A stretch of 64,000 nucleotides of DNA. Source: Gemmatimonadales bacterium. GTDB lineage: Bacteria; Gemmatimonadota; Gemmatimonadetes; Gemmatimonadales; GWC2-71-9. How positions within the stretch are numbered: the stretch's first letter is position 1; each line of letters starts with the position of its first letter. The stretch covers positions 160,001-224,000 of the forward strand of contig JBFGJG010000002.1 in NCBI GenBank assembly GCA_041577295.1, in the 5' to 3' direction. Under the pieces are notes generated by a model that did not search any database, was not told where the DNA came from, and saw only the letters and a program-made list of their open reading frames with translations. This document shows, piece by piece, positions 39,505 to 49,053 of the stretch. Position numbers and translations under genes: made by a program.

Positions 39505-42195
39505 TCACTGCCTTACCTTGGTCTTCAGTTCCTCGAACCAGTTCTCGACCACGATGAGCGTGCTGCGGGCCGACTCGTCCTCGGCACCCACGCTGCGCAC
39601 CATGAGGAACCGCTGATCGTCTGACGTGATGTCGAACGACGTGTAATTCGTGGAGACGGTATACTCCGGTCCTACGGGAAACAGGACCCGGCGCTCGCCC
39701 ACCCGAAAGCCGGGCGTTGTAACGATCTCGGCTACCGTCATTTCCTCGCGCACATTCAGATAGAATAGCTCGCGGCCGCTGTGGGCCCACAGCGGCGAGT
39801 GACCACCACCGGTCGAGACCTGCCATTTGCCTTCGTTCACGTTGGGGAAAGGCCGTACGTACACCTCGTCCCTACCGGTCTCGTCCGACTCGTAGGCCAG
39901 CCACTTCCCATCCGGAGAAAGTGCGATCGCCCTCTCGTCGAAATTGCTCGCCACAAGGGGAGTGGGAACGCTGTCTACACCCACCCGCATCGCCGAGATA
40001 TCCCGTCCGCCACTGGATCCTGCCACCCCACCCGTTCGGAGCAGGAGCCAGGTCCCGTCCGGCGACCACACGCCTTCCCAAATCGGCCGGTCCCATTGGA
40101 GGACTAGCTCGACCGCCCCTGTGCCATCCGCCCGCTTCCGATACAGGGCACCCTCCCCCGACCTCGTGGAGCGGAAGCTCACCCAGCGGCCATCTGGCGT
40201 CCACCGAGGTCGCACGTCGGGCTCCTCGTCGAAGGTGAGACGTGAGAGCGGACCGCGTTCCAATTCCTTGACCCAGATGTCTTCGCCCGCTCCAGTGGAG
40301 AGCTTTATGGCCAGGCGTGTGTCGTCCGGTGAGAGGGCCCACCCCGCATTTCCGAAAGCCGAGAACGTCCATTCGGGATCGATTGGCGTGACTGAGCCGT
40401 CGCGATCCACCCAGACTGCTTCCGAGACCGCGAAGCCACCCCGACCTTCGCCCTCCATGAGCAACAGGGTTCCGGACCGCGACAGGGCTACATCCGGTAC
40501 CATTCCCTGGTCGACCTTGACGCCGTCCAGGACCGGCACCGGTGCTCCACGCATCTCGAGCGACCCCAGATCGAACGGCACGGCAAACATCCCGCCGTCC
40601 GCTCGCACATAGACAAGATGCCCGGTGGCCACGTACCAGGCTTTGGCCACATCCGGCATCAGCATGCGCGCCTCGCCAGACCGGAGATCGAGGACCCAGC
40701 CCTCTTGGGCGGTGTCGCACCGAGCGGAGCAGGCCGTAAACAACACACCGCGGCCTCCGGGCAGTCCCACCAATTGTGTCAGGAACCGGCCCTCCACCGA
40801 CACGACATGCTCCATGGGGCCGCCGACACCCGGGACGCGGCTCAACCGCCACCCAGTGTCGACGAACACGATCGTCCCGTCGTCCAGCCACGCGGCCGAG
40901 CGCACGTTCATCTGCACGGAATCGGTGAGCGTGATCGCGGACCCGCCACCCGCGGGGACCTTTTTCAACTCTCCGTCCACGATGAAGGCAATCCACAGTG
41001 CGTCGGGCGATACCACGGGAGTGCTGGCTCCCGCCGTGCCGGCGAGCGGTGTGGCCCGATACTGATCCCGCTGCTTGACCCAGAGCTGCCCATCCTCATC
41101 GCCGGGTCCCACGTACACGATCCACGAAGCGTCCGGCGCGAGCGCGAACGCGCTCTGAAGCCCATCGAGCAACTCCTGATCCGCTGGAAACTGGAGCCCG
41201 TAGCGCGTCACCTTGGGTGGTGGATCGGGACGCAACCAGCCCCAGAGTGCAAAGGCAGCAAACACCGCAGCTGCCGCCGGCCACGCGTAGCGTTGCCACA
41301 CGGGAATAGACCGAGCATCGGCAGCGAGCGTCGCCGTCCCTGCGCCGGTTGGCAACGTGAAGGACGGGTTCGTAAGTGCTTCGGCAAACTGCGCGGCGCT
41401 GCTGAACCGATCCGCCGGGAGCTTGGACAGCGCCTTGGCGATCGTAGCCGCTACATGCGGCGGCACCGTGTCGCGGTGTGTGGTGACCGGGGGCGCCTTC
41501 TCGGTGATCACCTTGGCGACGATGGCCTGCGCGGTGGAGCCGGTGTAGGGCGGGTCGCCGGCCAACATCTCGTAGAGCATCGCACCCAACGAATAGACAT
41601 CGCTCCGCGCGTCGAGCTCCCGATCACCCATTGCCTGTTCGGGACTCATGTAGTGCGGGGTACCAATGGACAGGCCGGTTTCCGTGAGGCGTGTACCACC
41701 GGCATGAGACACCGCCAGCGCAATCCCGAAATCGGCCACCATCGCCTGTCCGTCCAACATCAGAATGTTTTCAGGCTTGATGTCGCGGTGGATCACTTCA
41801 TGCCGGTGCGCGTAGTCGAGTGCCGAGGCAATGGCCTTGGTGACCTCCACGGCCTCATCGATCCCGAGCTGCTTTTCTCTATCGAGCTTGTTCCGCAGCG
41901 TCTCCCCCTCTACGTACGGCATCACGTAGTAGAGAAAACCATCCGCGTCGCCTGAATCGTGAAGCGGGAGAATGTGTGGATGCTGCAGGTTGGCGGTGAC
42001 TTTGATCTCGTTGAGAAACCGCTCGGATCCGATCACCGCGGCGAGTTCAGGCCGCAGGACCTTGAGCGCGACCTTGCGATCGTGCTTGACATCCTCGGCG
42101 AGAAAGACGGTGGCCATCCCACCCTCGCCCACGTGTCGTTCGATGCGGTATCGTTCGGCAAGGGCCGTGGTCAGTCGGCCCGTGAGATCGGTCAT
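39505..42195 (-). CDS. Hanks-type Ser/Thr protein kinase with TM and PD40 beta-propeller
   Basis: GEGGMATV, VALK, HRDIKPENI, DFG and GTPHYMSPEQ, followed by SPDG repeats. Confidence 0.95.
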   Translation of the reverse strand: MTDLTGRLTTALAERYRIERHVGEGGMATVFLAEDVKHDRKVALKVLRPELAAVIGSERFLNEIKVTANLQHPHILPLHDSGDADGFLYYVMPYVEGETLRNKLDREKQLGIDEAVEVTKAIASALDYAHRHEVIHRDIKPENILMLDGQAMVADFGIALAVSHAGGTRLTETGLSIGTPHYMSPEQAMGDRELDARSDVYSLGAMLYEMLAGDPPYTGSTAQAIVAKVITEKAPPVTTHRDTVPPHVAATIAKALSKLPADRFSSAAQFAEALTNPSFTLPTGAGTATLAADARSIPVWQRYAWPAAAAVFAAFALWGWLRPDPPPKVTRYGLQFPADQELLDGLQSAFALAPDASWIVYVGPGDEDGQLWVKQRDQYRATPLAGTAGASTPVVSPDALWIAFIVDGELKKVPAGGGSAITLTDSVQMNVRSAAWLDDGTIVFVDTGWRLSRVPGVGGPMEHVVSVEGRFLTQLVGLPGGRGVLFTACSARCDTAQEGWVLDLRSGEARMLMPDVAKAWYVATGHLVYVRADGGMFAVPFDLGSLEMRGAPVPVLDGVKVDQGMVPDVALSRSGTLLLMEGEGRGGFAVSEAVWVDRDGSVTPIDPEWTFSAFGNAGWALSPDDTRLAIKLSTGAGEDIWVKELERGPLSRLTFDEEPDVRPRWTPDGRWVSFRSTRSGEGALYRKRADGTGAVELVLQWDRPIWEGVWSPDGTWLLLRTGGVAGSSGGRDISAMRVGVDSVPTPLVASNFDERAIALSPDGKWLAYESDETGRDEVYVRPFPNVNEGKWQVSTGGGHSPLWAHSGRELFYLNVREEMTVAEIVTTPGFRVGERRVLFPVGPEYTVSTNYTSFDITSDDQRFLMVRSVGAEDESARSTLIVVENWFEELKTKVRQ

Positions 42196-42243
42196 GCATC
42201 AAAAGTTGGGATGGATCCCGGGGTCCGCAACCTGAAAAGACGA

Positions 42244-42266
42244 CGCCCGCCATGTAAGGGCGGGCG
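42244..42266 (-). terminator. Probable terminator hairpin downstream of tRNA-Phe
   Basis: cgcccgcc/ggcgggcg stem followed on the minus strand by tcgtctttt. Confidence 0.55.
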
Positions 42267-42272
42267 ATCGCA

Positions 42273-42345
<73 letters not shown>

Positions 42346-42392
42346 GCAGCCACATAAGCTACCGCCATCGCCGGAGCGACGGCAGCCCCTTC

Positions 42393-42857
42393 TCAGTCTT
42401 GTTCGTCTCGGTCAAACTGCCGGAGCTCGGGGGCATGCGGGTATCGCTGCCGCACGCGGTCGATCACCGACTGCGCCTTGGACGGATCCTTTTTCACCGT
42501 CCGGTAGATCTCCTCCAATCGGATCGCGGCGTTGATCTCCACACGCCGTGACGCCCGTTGCTCCAGGTGACTTTCCAGGAGCCGAATGGTGTCGTCCAGG
42601 GTGGGACGGATGTTCGGCGGCGGCCCGCTGCCCGTACCGCTTACAAAGATGTGCGACGCCCAGTCGCCGAGCGGAACGACGACGTGCTCCAGCAGCAGAT
42701 CCCATGCACCCCAGATAATGCCGAACGCGCCCGCGGCAACCAGCCACCTGGCATCGTCGCTCACCAACAGGCCAAAAAACGCAAAGAAGACCGTGGCAGT
42801 GCCAAACACCACCCTTCCGATGCGCCGAACCCCGATCGGTGCAGGCCTGCGAACCAT
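42393..42857 (-). CDS. Hypothetical membrane protein
   Basis: Two TM segments plus a helical C-terminus. Confidence 0.65.
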   Translation of the reverse strand: MVRRPAPIGVRRIGRVVFGTATVFFAFFGLLVSDDARWLVAAGAFGIIWGAWDLLLEHVVVPLGDWASHIFVSGTGSGPPPNIRPTLDDTIRLLESHLEQRASRRVEINAAIRLEEIYRTVKKDPSKAQSVIDRVRQRYPHAPELRQFDRDEQD

Positions 42858-42975
42858 AGCTGCGCTCCCTGGTGACCACGACGTGCGATACGGTCCGCCT
42901 AAGATGGGTGACCCGGTCGGCGAAGCCAATGACCTCCAGATGCAGCGGCTAGCGCCCGCGTGTACAATGAAATTG

Positions 42976-44094
42976 ATGGACCTTTCCCGTCATGATGCGC
43001 GCTTGAGCAAGACCGTTGCCGTCATTGGTGGCGGCATCGCCGGCCTGAGCGCATCATTTTTTCTCTCCCGGGCGGGAGTCCCCGTCACACTCTACGATGC
43101 AACTGATCGGCTGGGTGGACAGATCGTCACGGCTCGGCGCGATGGGTTCATCGTCGAACTGGGAGCCGATGGGTTTCCGCCGCCAAACGAGGACGCGTCC
43201 GACGTCCTGAGAGAGATCGGGATACTCCAAGACCTGATCCGTCAATCGCCGCTGCCGACCTTGACCTTCGACGGTGGTACTCTCCAACGATTGGACCCGA
43301 TTAAAGTGGCCACCATGCTCGGACTGGACGTGGCGAGTGAGGCTCGGGGCGCGGGGGTCGTTTGCCCTAGGGAGGGGATGGACCGGCTGGTCGCGGCACT
43401 GACCGGATGGCCAGTCCTTCAACTCGCTATGGGAACTGTAGTTACCTCGCTTAGAATCTCAAATGGAAGGTGGGTGGTTGAGACACAAATGGGTGGTATG
43501 GAGGCCGATGCGATCATCCTGGCCGTTTCGATTCGCCAGCTCGTGGCCATCGTTCGCCGTTCGCTGAGGCGGGCTCCGGACCTCGGTGAGGCATGCCCCG
43601 CGAAATCGAGCGTCACCGTTTCGCTCGCGTTTCCCCGATCGGCGGTCGCGCACCGCCTCGAAGCGACCGGGTTCATCATCGCTGACCGGTCGAGCATCGA
43701 GCAGATTGGAGGCCTCCTCGCCTGTTCCTTCTCATCGGAGAAGTTTGCCGAGCGCGCACCGGACGGGTGTGTGTTGTTGAGGGCATTCTACCGACCCGGA
43801 GCCGAGTGTCCTCTCGACGACCCCGACGACCAATGGATCGCGCGCGCGGCCGAGGACCTGAGCCATCCTCTGCGGATCATCGGTACACCGTCTCACGGCT
43901 GGGTTGCCCGATGGCCGGACGCCATCCCCACGCCCCTCGCACCACACCGTTCCCGTGTTTACGATGTCGAATCTCGGTTCCAGCGGTTGGGTCCCCTTCA
44001 GCTGGCCGGAGCAGCGGTCCACGGCGCGGGTGTTGTGCGCGCGCTGATGTCAGGCCGGAACGCCGCACGCCGGTTGTTGACCCATCTAGCCTGA
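42976..44094 (+). CDS. HemY-like FAD-dependent protoporphyrinogen/coproporphyrinogen oxidase (short)
   Basis: VIGGGIAGL, RLGGQI, ELGADGF, GF..., SEKFAERAP and RWPDAIP. Start uncertain. Confidence 0.75.
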   Translation: MDLSRHDARLSKTVAVIGGGIAGLSASFFLSRAGVPVTLYDATDRLGGQIVTARRDGFIVELGADGFPPPNEDASDVLREIGILQDLIRQSPLPTLTFDGGTLQRLDPIKVATMLGLDVASEARGAGVVCPREGMDRLVAALTGWPVLQLAMGTVVTSLRISNGRWVVETQMGGMEADAIILAVSIRQLVAIVRRSLRRAPDLGEACPAKSSVTVSLAFPRSAVAHRLEATGFIIADRSSIEQIGGLLACSFSSEKFAERAPDGCVLLRAFYRPGAECPLDDPDDQWIARAAEDLSHPLRIIGTPSHGWVARWPDAIPTPLAPHRSRVYDVESRFQRLGPLQLAGAAVHGAGVVRALMSGRNAARRLLTHLA

Positions 44095-44121
44095 GCCACG
44101 TCGGCTCGTAAGTTTCGCACC

Positions 44122-44754
44122 ATGTTCCCCAACCTCACGATCCTCGATCACCCACTGATCCAGCACAAGCTCGCGAAACTGCGTGATCGCGAAACCACGA
44201 CCCGTGACTTCAAGGCGCTCGTCAACGAGATGGCCATGCTCATGGCCTACGAGGCTACTAAGCACCTCCAGCTCGAGACGATTGCAGTCGAGACACCGCT
44301 AGAACGAACCGTGGGCCGGGTGGTGGCAGGAAAGAAACTCGCGCTCGTTCCGATCCTGCGGGCCGGGCTGGGTATGGTCGAGGGAATCACGCAGCTCATC
44401 CCCAACGCGCGCGTCGGCCATATTGGCCTCTATCGCAATCACGACACGCTCGAGCCAGTCGACTACTACTTCAAGATTCCGGGTGAAGAGGAGGATCGAA
44501 CGTTCTTCGTGCTCGATCCGATGCTGGCAACCGGCGGATCGGCGGTACAGGCGGTGACCGCGTTGAAGAAGGCCGGAGCAAACCGGATCCGGTTCCTGTG
44601 CGTCGTTGCTTCACCTGAGGGAGTGCAGCGGATGCTGGATGCTCACCCAGACGTCCCGATCTATGCGGCGGCGCTGGATCGTGAGCTGAACGACCAGGGG
44701 TATATACTGCCGGGGCTAGGCGACGCTGGCGATCGTTTGTTCGGCACCCGTTGA
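44122..44754 (+). CDS. upp: Uracil phosphoribosyltransferase
   Basis: [27 protein letters not shown] and [16 protein letters not shown]. Confidence 0.97.
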   Translation: MFPNLTILDHPLIQHKLAKLRDRETTTRDFKALVNEMAMLMAYEATKHLQLETIAVETPLERTVGRVVAGKKLALVPILRAGLGMVEGITQLIPNARVGHIGLYRNHDTLEPVDYYFKIPGEEEDRTFFVLDPMLATGGSAVQAVTALKKAGANRIRFLCVVASPEGVQRMLDAHPDVPIYAAALDRELNDQGYILPGLGDAGDRLFGTR

Positions 44755-44766
44755 GACACAAAGGCC

Positions 44767-44937
44767 ATGCACGAGTATCAAGCAGTCATTCTCAAACTGC
44801 ACCGCCGGACACGAGAGGACGAAGAGAGCATCACAGACGTGTTGAACGAACGGGCACGCATGGGGTGGACTCTGCACCGCACAACCAGCATTCGGGATGG
44901 GCGACTCTTGCTCGTGTTCACTCGGGAGACAGAGTGA
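44767..44937 (+). CDS. Small DUF4177-like protein (56 aa, below the ORF-track cutoff)
   Basis: MHEYQAVIL...DVLNERARMGWTL...LLLVFTRETE, co-oriented between upp and the NUDIX gene. Confidence 0.7.
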   Translation: MHEYQAVILKLHRRTREDEESITDVLNERARMGWTLHRTTSIRDGRLLLVFTRETE

Positions 44938-45004
44938 TCGCCTGCCGCTGACCAATAACTCCCCTCAAAACCGAACCAGAACATCATCTTAGAGAGGACG
45001 GACG

Positions 45005-45562
45005 ATGGAGAGACCGTCAGCCGAACCGATCGCGACGCGTCGAGCCTACGAGGGTCGCCTGATTGGCGTCGATGTGGACACCATTCGCGCGCCCAATGGG
45101 GCAACGCTCGAACTCGAGATGGTGCGGCACCCGGGGGCTGCCGCGGTGGTTCCACTGCTCTCCGGTGCGGACAGCGCCGATCCGACCGTGTTGTTGATCG
45201 AACAATTCCGCTATGCAGCAGGAGGATTGATTTGGGAAATACCGGCCGGGGTCCTGCACGACGGGGAGCGTGCCCTGGACTGCGCACGGCGCGAGTTACT
45301 CGAGGAAACCGGCGCAACCGCAAAGCACATCGAGCATCTCTCTACCATTTATACCACTCCCGGCTTCACCGATGAGCAGATCCACCTATTCCTCGCCACC
45401 GGCATTTCCACGGGGGAACCGCGGCACGAGCACGACGAGTTTATACGGGTACAGGCATTCCCGATGAGCCGCGTACTCGAGATGATCCGCGACGCCGAGA
45501 TAGTCGACGCGAAGTCCATCGTCGCCCTCCTCTACACCGCCGGATTCCGTCTCGGGTTGTAA
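45005..45562 (+). CDS. NUDIX hydrolase (ADP-ribose pyrophosphatase-like)
   Basis: HPGAAAVVP, QFRY, EIPAG...ARRELLEETG and TPGFTDE. Confidence 0.92.
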   Translation: MERPSAEPIATRRAYEGRLIGVDVDTIRAPNGATLELEMVRHPGAAAVVPLLSGADSADPTVLLIEQFRYAAGGLIWEIPAGVLHDGERALDCARRELLEETGATAKHIEHLSTIYTTPGFTDEQIHLFLATGISTGEPRHEHDEFIRVQAFPMSRVLEMIRDAEIVDAKSIVALLYTAGFRLGL

Positions 45563-45818
45563 CGCACTGTCCCAGATCGGGGACAGACGTGTCGCCAATC
45601 GGGGTCGATTAGGCGGGAACCGAACAGCACCAGATTTCATTATGTGACAAGTAGTTACGTCATGTACCCCCAGTGGCTGGCATGGGGTATGGATCCTGCT
45701 CGTTAGGGTGTCGACGGGCAGGGAGCTGAACACCACGGAGGGTCTAGCGAACCGTTTTTTGTCTGAGATGAGGGGCGTCGCCTGCCGCCAGACCGGCGGC
45801 GCACCCGGGGAGCTTCCA

Positions 45819-46466
45819 ATGACCGCAGTAGTTGCTCAACGCCCCACAGGGGCGGGACCCGGAGTAGTACGTGAAGCGAGCCCAAGGCTCCGCGACCTCG
45901 ATGATTCGCAGGTCGTCGCTACGTACCTGTCCGGACATCCGCAGGCGTTCTCCGAACTGGTAGAGCGCTACCAAAAGCGTTTGTTGAACTTCGTCTACCG
46001 TACCATCGGAGATCGGGAGCGCGCAGAGGACCTCGTTCAGGAGGTGTTCATCCGCGTTCACCGCCACCTGCATCGCTTCGACCAGACGAAAAAGTTCTCG
46101 ACGTGGATCTACACCATCGCGTCGAACCTGGCGAAGAACGAGCTCCGCAATCGGAGTCGGAGCCCGCTGGTGCTGTTCCAGACCATCAGGAAGAACTGGG
46201 AGGCAGATCATCGCCCGCTCCAGTTCGAGGACCACAGCCACCGGCCGGACGACCTCTATCGAAAGCGGCATCTTCGCGAGCTCGTGGAGTGGGCTGTCAG
46301 TCAGCTTCCTGAGCATCATCGCACGGTCTTTGTCTTGAGGGAGCTGGAAGGCAAGACCTACGAGGAGATCGCGGAAATCACCGAGTGCAACCTCGGAACC
46401 GTGAAGAGCCGGCTGAACCGTGCGCGAAATCGATTCGCACAGATCATCGAGCCGTTGCTCGACTGA
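45819..46466 (+). CDS. ECF sigma-70 factor
   Basis: AEDLVQEVF, FSTWIYTIASN and YEEIAEITECNLGTVKSRLNRAR. Confidence 0.93.
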   Translation: MTAVVAQRPTGAGPGVVREASPRLRDLDDSQVVATYLSGHPQAFSELVERYQKRLLNFVYRTIGDRERAEDLVQEVFIRVHRHLHRFDQTKKFSTWIYTIASNLAKNELRNRSRSPLVLFQTIRKNWEADHRPLQFEDHSHRPDDLYRKRHLRELVEWAVSQLPEHHRTVFVLRELEGKTYEEIAEITECNLGTVKSRLNRARNRFAQIIEPLLD

Positions 46467-46649
46467 GGACGTGGCACTAAACTGCTAGATCAAGCGGGAG
46501 CGGGGCCCCAGCGAAGCGAAGCGCCCTAGCGAGAGTTCGGGTTACCCCACCCCGTTCCCGCTGTCACACTTCTGAAACACCCACCCGGCCGTGAGGGAAC
46601 CTCCCGTTCCCCAGCCGGTACAAGCCACTGTCCGAAATCGCCGTCTAGC

Positions 46650-47165
46650 ATGCACTGTACCGAATTCCTTTATCTTTATTCTGACTACCGCGACGGTCTC
46701 ATTACCGATCTGCGGGTGTCACGCCGCGTCCGGGATCATCTCGAAACCTGCGCGGCGTGTCAGCGTTACGATGAGGTGATTCGAAGGGGTGTGGCAGTTC
46801 TGCGCGGCGCTGAGATCGGACGGCCGCCCCTCGGCATCGAGCGCGAGGTCTCGCGGCCGAACGGAATGGGGTTGGTCGACGAAACCCTCGAGTTGAGATC
46901 GGGACGGTTCGCGGGAGCGGTCATGCTCGCGGCGGCGATCGCACTGTTCGTTTGGGAGGGTCTCGGCACATCACCGGACGGGCAGATTTCCGCACCCCGC
47001 GTGACGCAGGCCGCACCCCATGCCGTCGCCAACCCGGGCCCGCCGTTTGTCCACTTCGTAACGCGCCCGACAGCGCTGCCCACGACCCCGCCACGAGTCC
47101 CTCCACCACCCACCTCGGGGGACGCGGCCACCCTCACACTTTATCAGCCAACGCCAGATCGGTAA
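46650..47165 (+). CDS. Zinc-binding anti-sigma factor (zf-HC2)
   Basis: MHC...HLETCAAC (Hx3Cx2C) plus a TM segment, downstream of the ECF sigma gene. Confidence 0.85.
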   Translation: MHCTEFLYLYSDYRDGLITDLRVSRRVRDHLETCAACQRYDEVIRRGVAVLRGAEIGRPPLGIEREVSRPNGMGLVDETLELRSGRFAGAVMLAAAIALFVWEGLGTSPDGQISAPRVTQAAPHAVANPGPPFVHFVTRPTALPTTPPRVPPPPTSGDAATLTLYQPTPDR

Positions 47166-47176
47166 CTTCCGCCTAT

Positions 47177-48232
47177 ATGGCGGGTTCCCAGACTTTTACC
47201 TCCGCTTACCGCGCCATTGCGCGGGGCGAGCTCGCGCCGGTTCTCTACCTTACGGGCCCGGAAGACGTGCTCAAAGACGAGCTCATCACCCTGATCAAGG
47301 ACCGAGTCCTCGACCCGACAACCCGTGACTTCAATTGCGACGTGCGCTCAGCGAGTGATCTCGACGGTGAGAGCTTGCACGCCCTGGTTGAGACCCCTCC
47401 GATGCTGGCTGAACGCAGACTGGTTGTGGTTCGCAACCTCGAGCACTGGCGCCGGAACGCCAAGGTCTGGCAGGTGTTGGAGCGCTACCTAGCTAATCCG
47501 TCACCTACAACTATCCTCGTGCTGACGCACGGCGGCGGCGAGAAGACCAGTCCAAAGGTGGCCAAGCAAGCGACGACGGTCGAGATGCGTACACCTACCC
47601 CGCAGCAGATGCGTCGGTGGGTGGAACATCGCGCGGAAGCATCGGGAATCAAACTCGAGTCGGCGGCGGCCGACCACCTCCTGCGGGCCGTGGGTGCAGA
47701 CCTCTCACAACTCGCTGTGGAGATCGACAAGCTCAGCGCAGCTGCACCCGAGGATCGGCCCGTGAGTGCGAACGACGTGGCCGCGCTCGTTGGGATGAGA
47801 CGCGGCGAGACCCCCCACGACCTGGTGGCGGCGGTGCTCGCCGGAGAAACGGAGCGCGCGGTGGGAATGTTGGACGTGGTACTTTCCGGTGCAGGTGTCA
47901 ACGGCGTTCGGCTCGTCACCCTCCTGGGAACGACGTTGGTCGGGGTACGGATCGCAAAGGCCATGACCGGGAGACCAAGATCGCGGACCCGGCCGGAGCG
48001 CGCAGTATTCGATGCAATTCGAGCCGCGCGACCGCCCGGCCTGCGAGGCTGGCGTGAAGAGGCGGCGGATTGGGCAGCCGCCGCGAGCCGGTGGAGCGAT
48101 ACCGCACTCGACGAGGCGATCCGGACCGTGTACGATGCGGATCGTCTGCTCAAGTCGTCGACCGTCAGCGACCAGAGAGGCATACTTACCGATATGACAT
48201 TTCGACTGGGACACTTGCGAGCAGCCGCGTGA
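47177..48232 (+). CDS. holA: DNA polymerase III subunit delta
   Basis: VLYLTGPE, PMLAERRLVVV and VGADLSQLAVEIDKL. Confidence 0.9.
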   Translation: MAGSQTFTSAYRAIARGELAPVLYLTGPEDVLKDELITLIKDRVLDPTTRDFNCDVRSASDLDGESLHALVETPPMLAERRLVVVRNLEHWRRNAKVWQVLERYLANPSPTTILVLTHGGGEKTSPKVAKQATTVEMRTPTPQQMRRWVEHRAEASGIKLESAAADHLLRAVGADLSQLAVEIDKLSAAAPEDRPVSANDVAALVGMRRGETPHDLVAAVLAGETERAVGMLDVVLSGAGVNGVRLVTLLGTTLVGVRIAKAMTGRPRSRTRPERAVFDAIRAARPPGLRGWREEAADWAAAASRWSDTALDEAIRTVYDADRLLKSSTVSDQRGILTDMTFRLGHLRAAA

Positions 48233-49053
48233 CCCGCTTTGCACTCGTCGTCCTCATCGCGCTGGTGCCTGCAGTGTGCGATGCTCAACAAGATTCGATT
48301 CTCGGTCAGGCGATGCGGTTGGCGTCCGAAGGCCAGGGCGACTCTGCCCGCGCTTATGTCCAGCGCCAGCTCGCTCGCGTGTCGACAGCAGACACCACGT
48401 ACGCCGAGATTCTCTATGCTGCAGGCGTTGTTGCCGGCGATGCCGAAGCGGCTCGCATGTACCTCCGGCGGGTAAGCATCGAGTTCTCCCAGTCCAGCTG
48501 GGCGGACGATGCGCTCCTCCGCTTGGCACAGCTCGCCTTTGCCGAGCAGGACTACGCTGCGGCGCTCAGAGCCAGCGACCGCATTGTTCAGGACTATCCT
48601 TTTAGTAACGTCTTTCCGGACGCTAACTACTGGGCAGCGCGCGCCCATCTGGAGCTTGGAGACCTCGTGGCCGGTTGTGCGAGGTTGGACCAGGCGGCAG
48701 AGGTGGCTTCGGATGACATCGAGCTGTCGAACCGGATCCGGTTTTACCGTTTGCGGTGTAGCCCCAGCGCGCTCGCCGCTCGGGCCGACACCGGTGGCAC
48801 AACGCCGCCCGCTCGTCCTACTGGCCGGTCCGGGTTTACGGTACAGGTCGCGGCACTGCAAAGTGCCGCCGCGGCCGACGAGCTGATGCGTGCACTGAAC
48901 GGGCAAGGGTACGAAGATGTGCGGGTGGTGCAGGAGGAGGGGTACCTCAAGGTCCGCGTCGGCCTGTTTCAACGTCGTCAGGAGGCGGCACGCCTCGCAA
49001 CCGAGCTCGCCCGGACCTTCGGCGGAAAGCCATTTGTCGTGGAGGAGCGGTGA
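48229..49053 (+). CDS. TPR + SPOR domain exported protein
   Basis: Signal peptide, TPR segment (WADDALLRLAQ) and SPOR segment (FTVQVAAL...KVRVGLF). Confidence 0.85.
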   Translation: MTRFALVVLIALVPAVCDAQQDSILGQAMRLASEGQGDSARAYVQRQLARVSTADTTYAEILYAAGVVAGDAEAARMYLRRVSIEFSQSSWADDALLRLAQLAFAEQDYAAALRASDRIVQDYPFSNVFPDANYWAARAHLELGDLVAGCARLDQAAEVASDDIELSNRIRFYRLRCSPSALAARADTGGTTPPARPTGRSGFTVQVAALQSAAAADELMRALNGQGYEDVRVVQEEGYLKVRVGLFQRRQEAARLATELARTFGGKPFVVEER

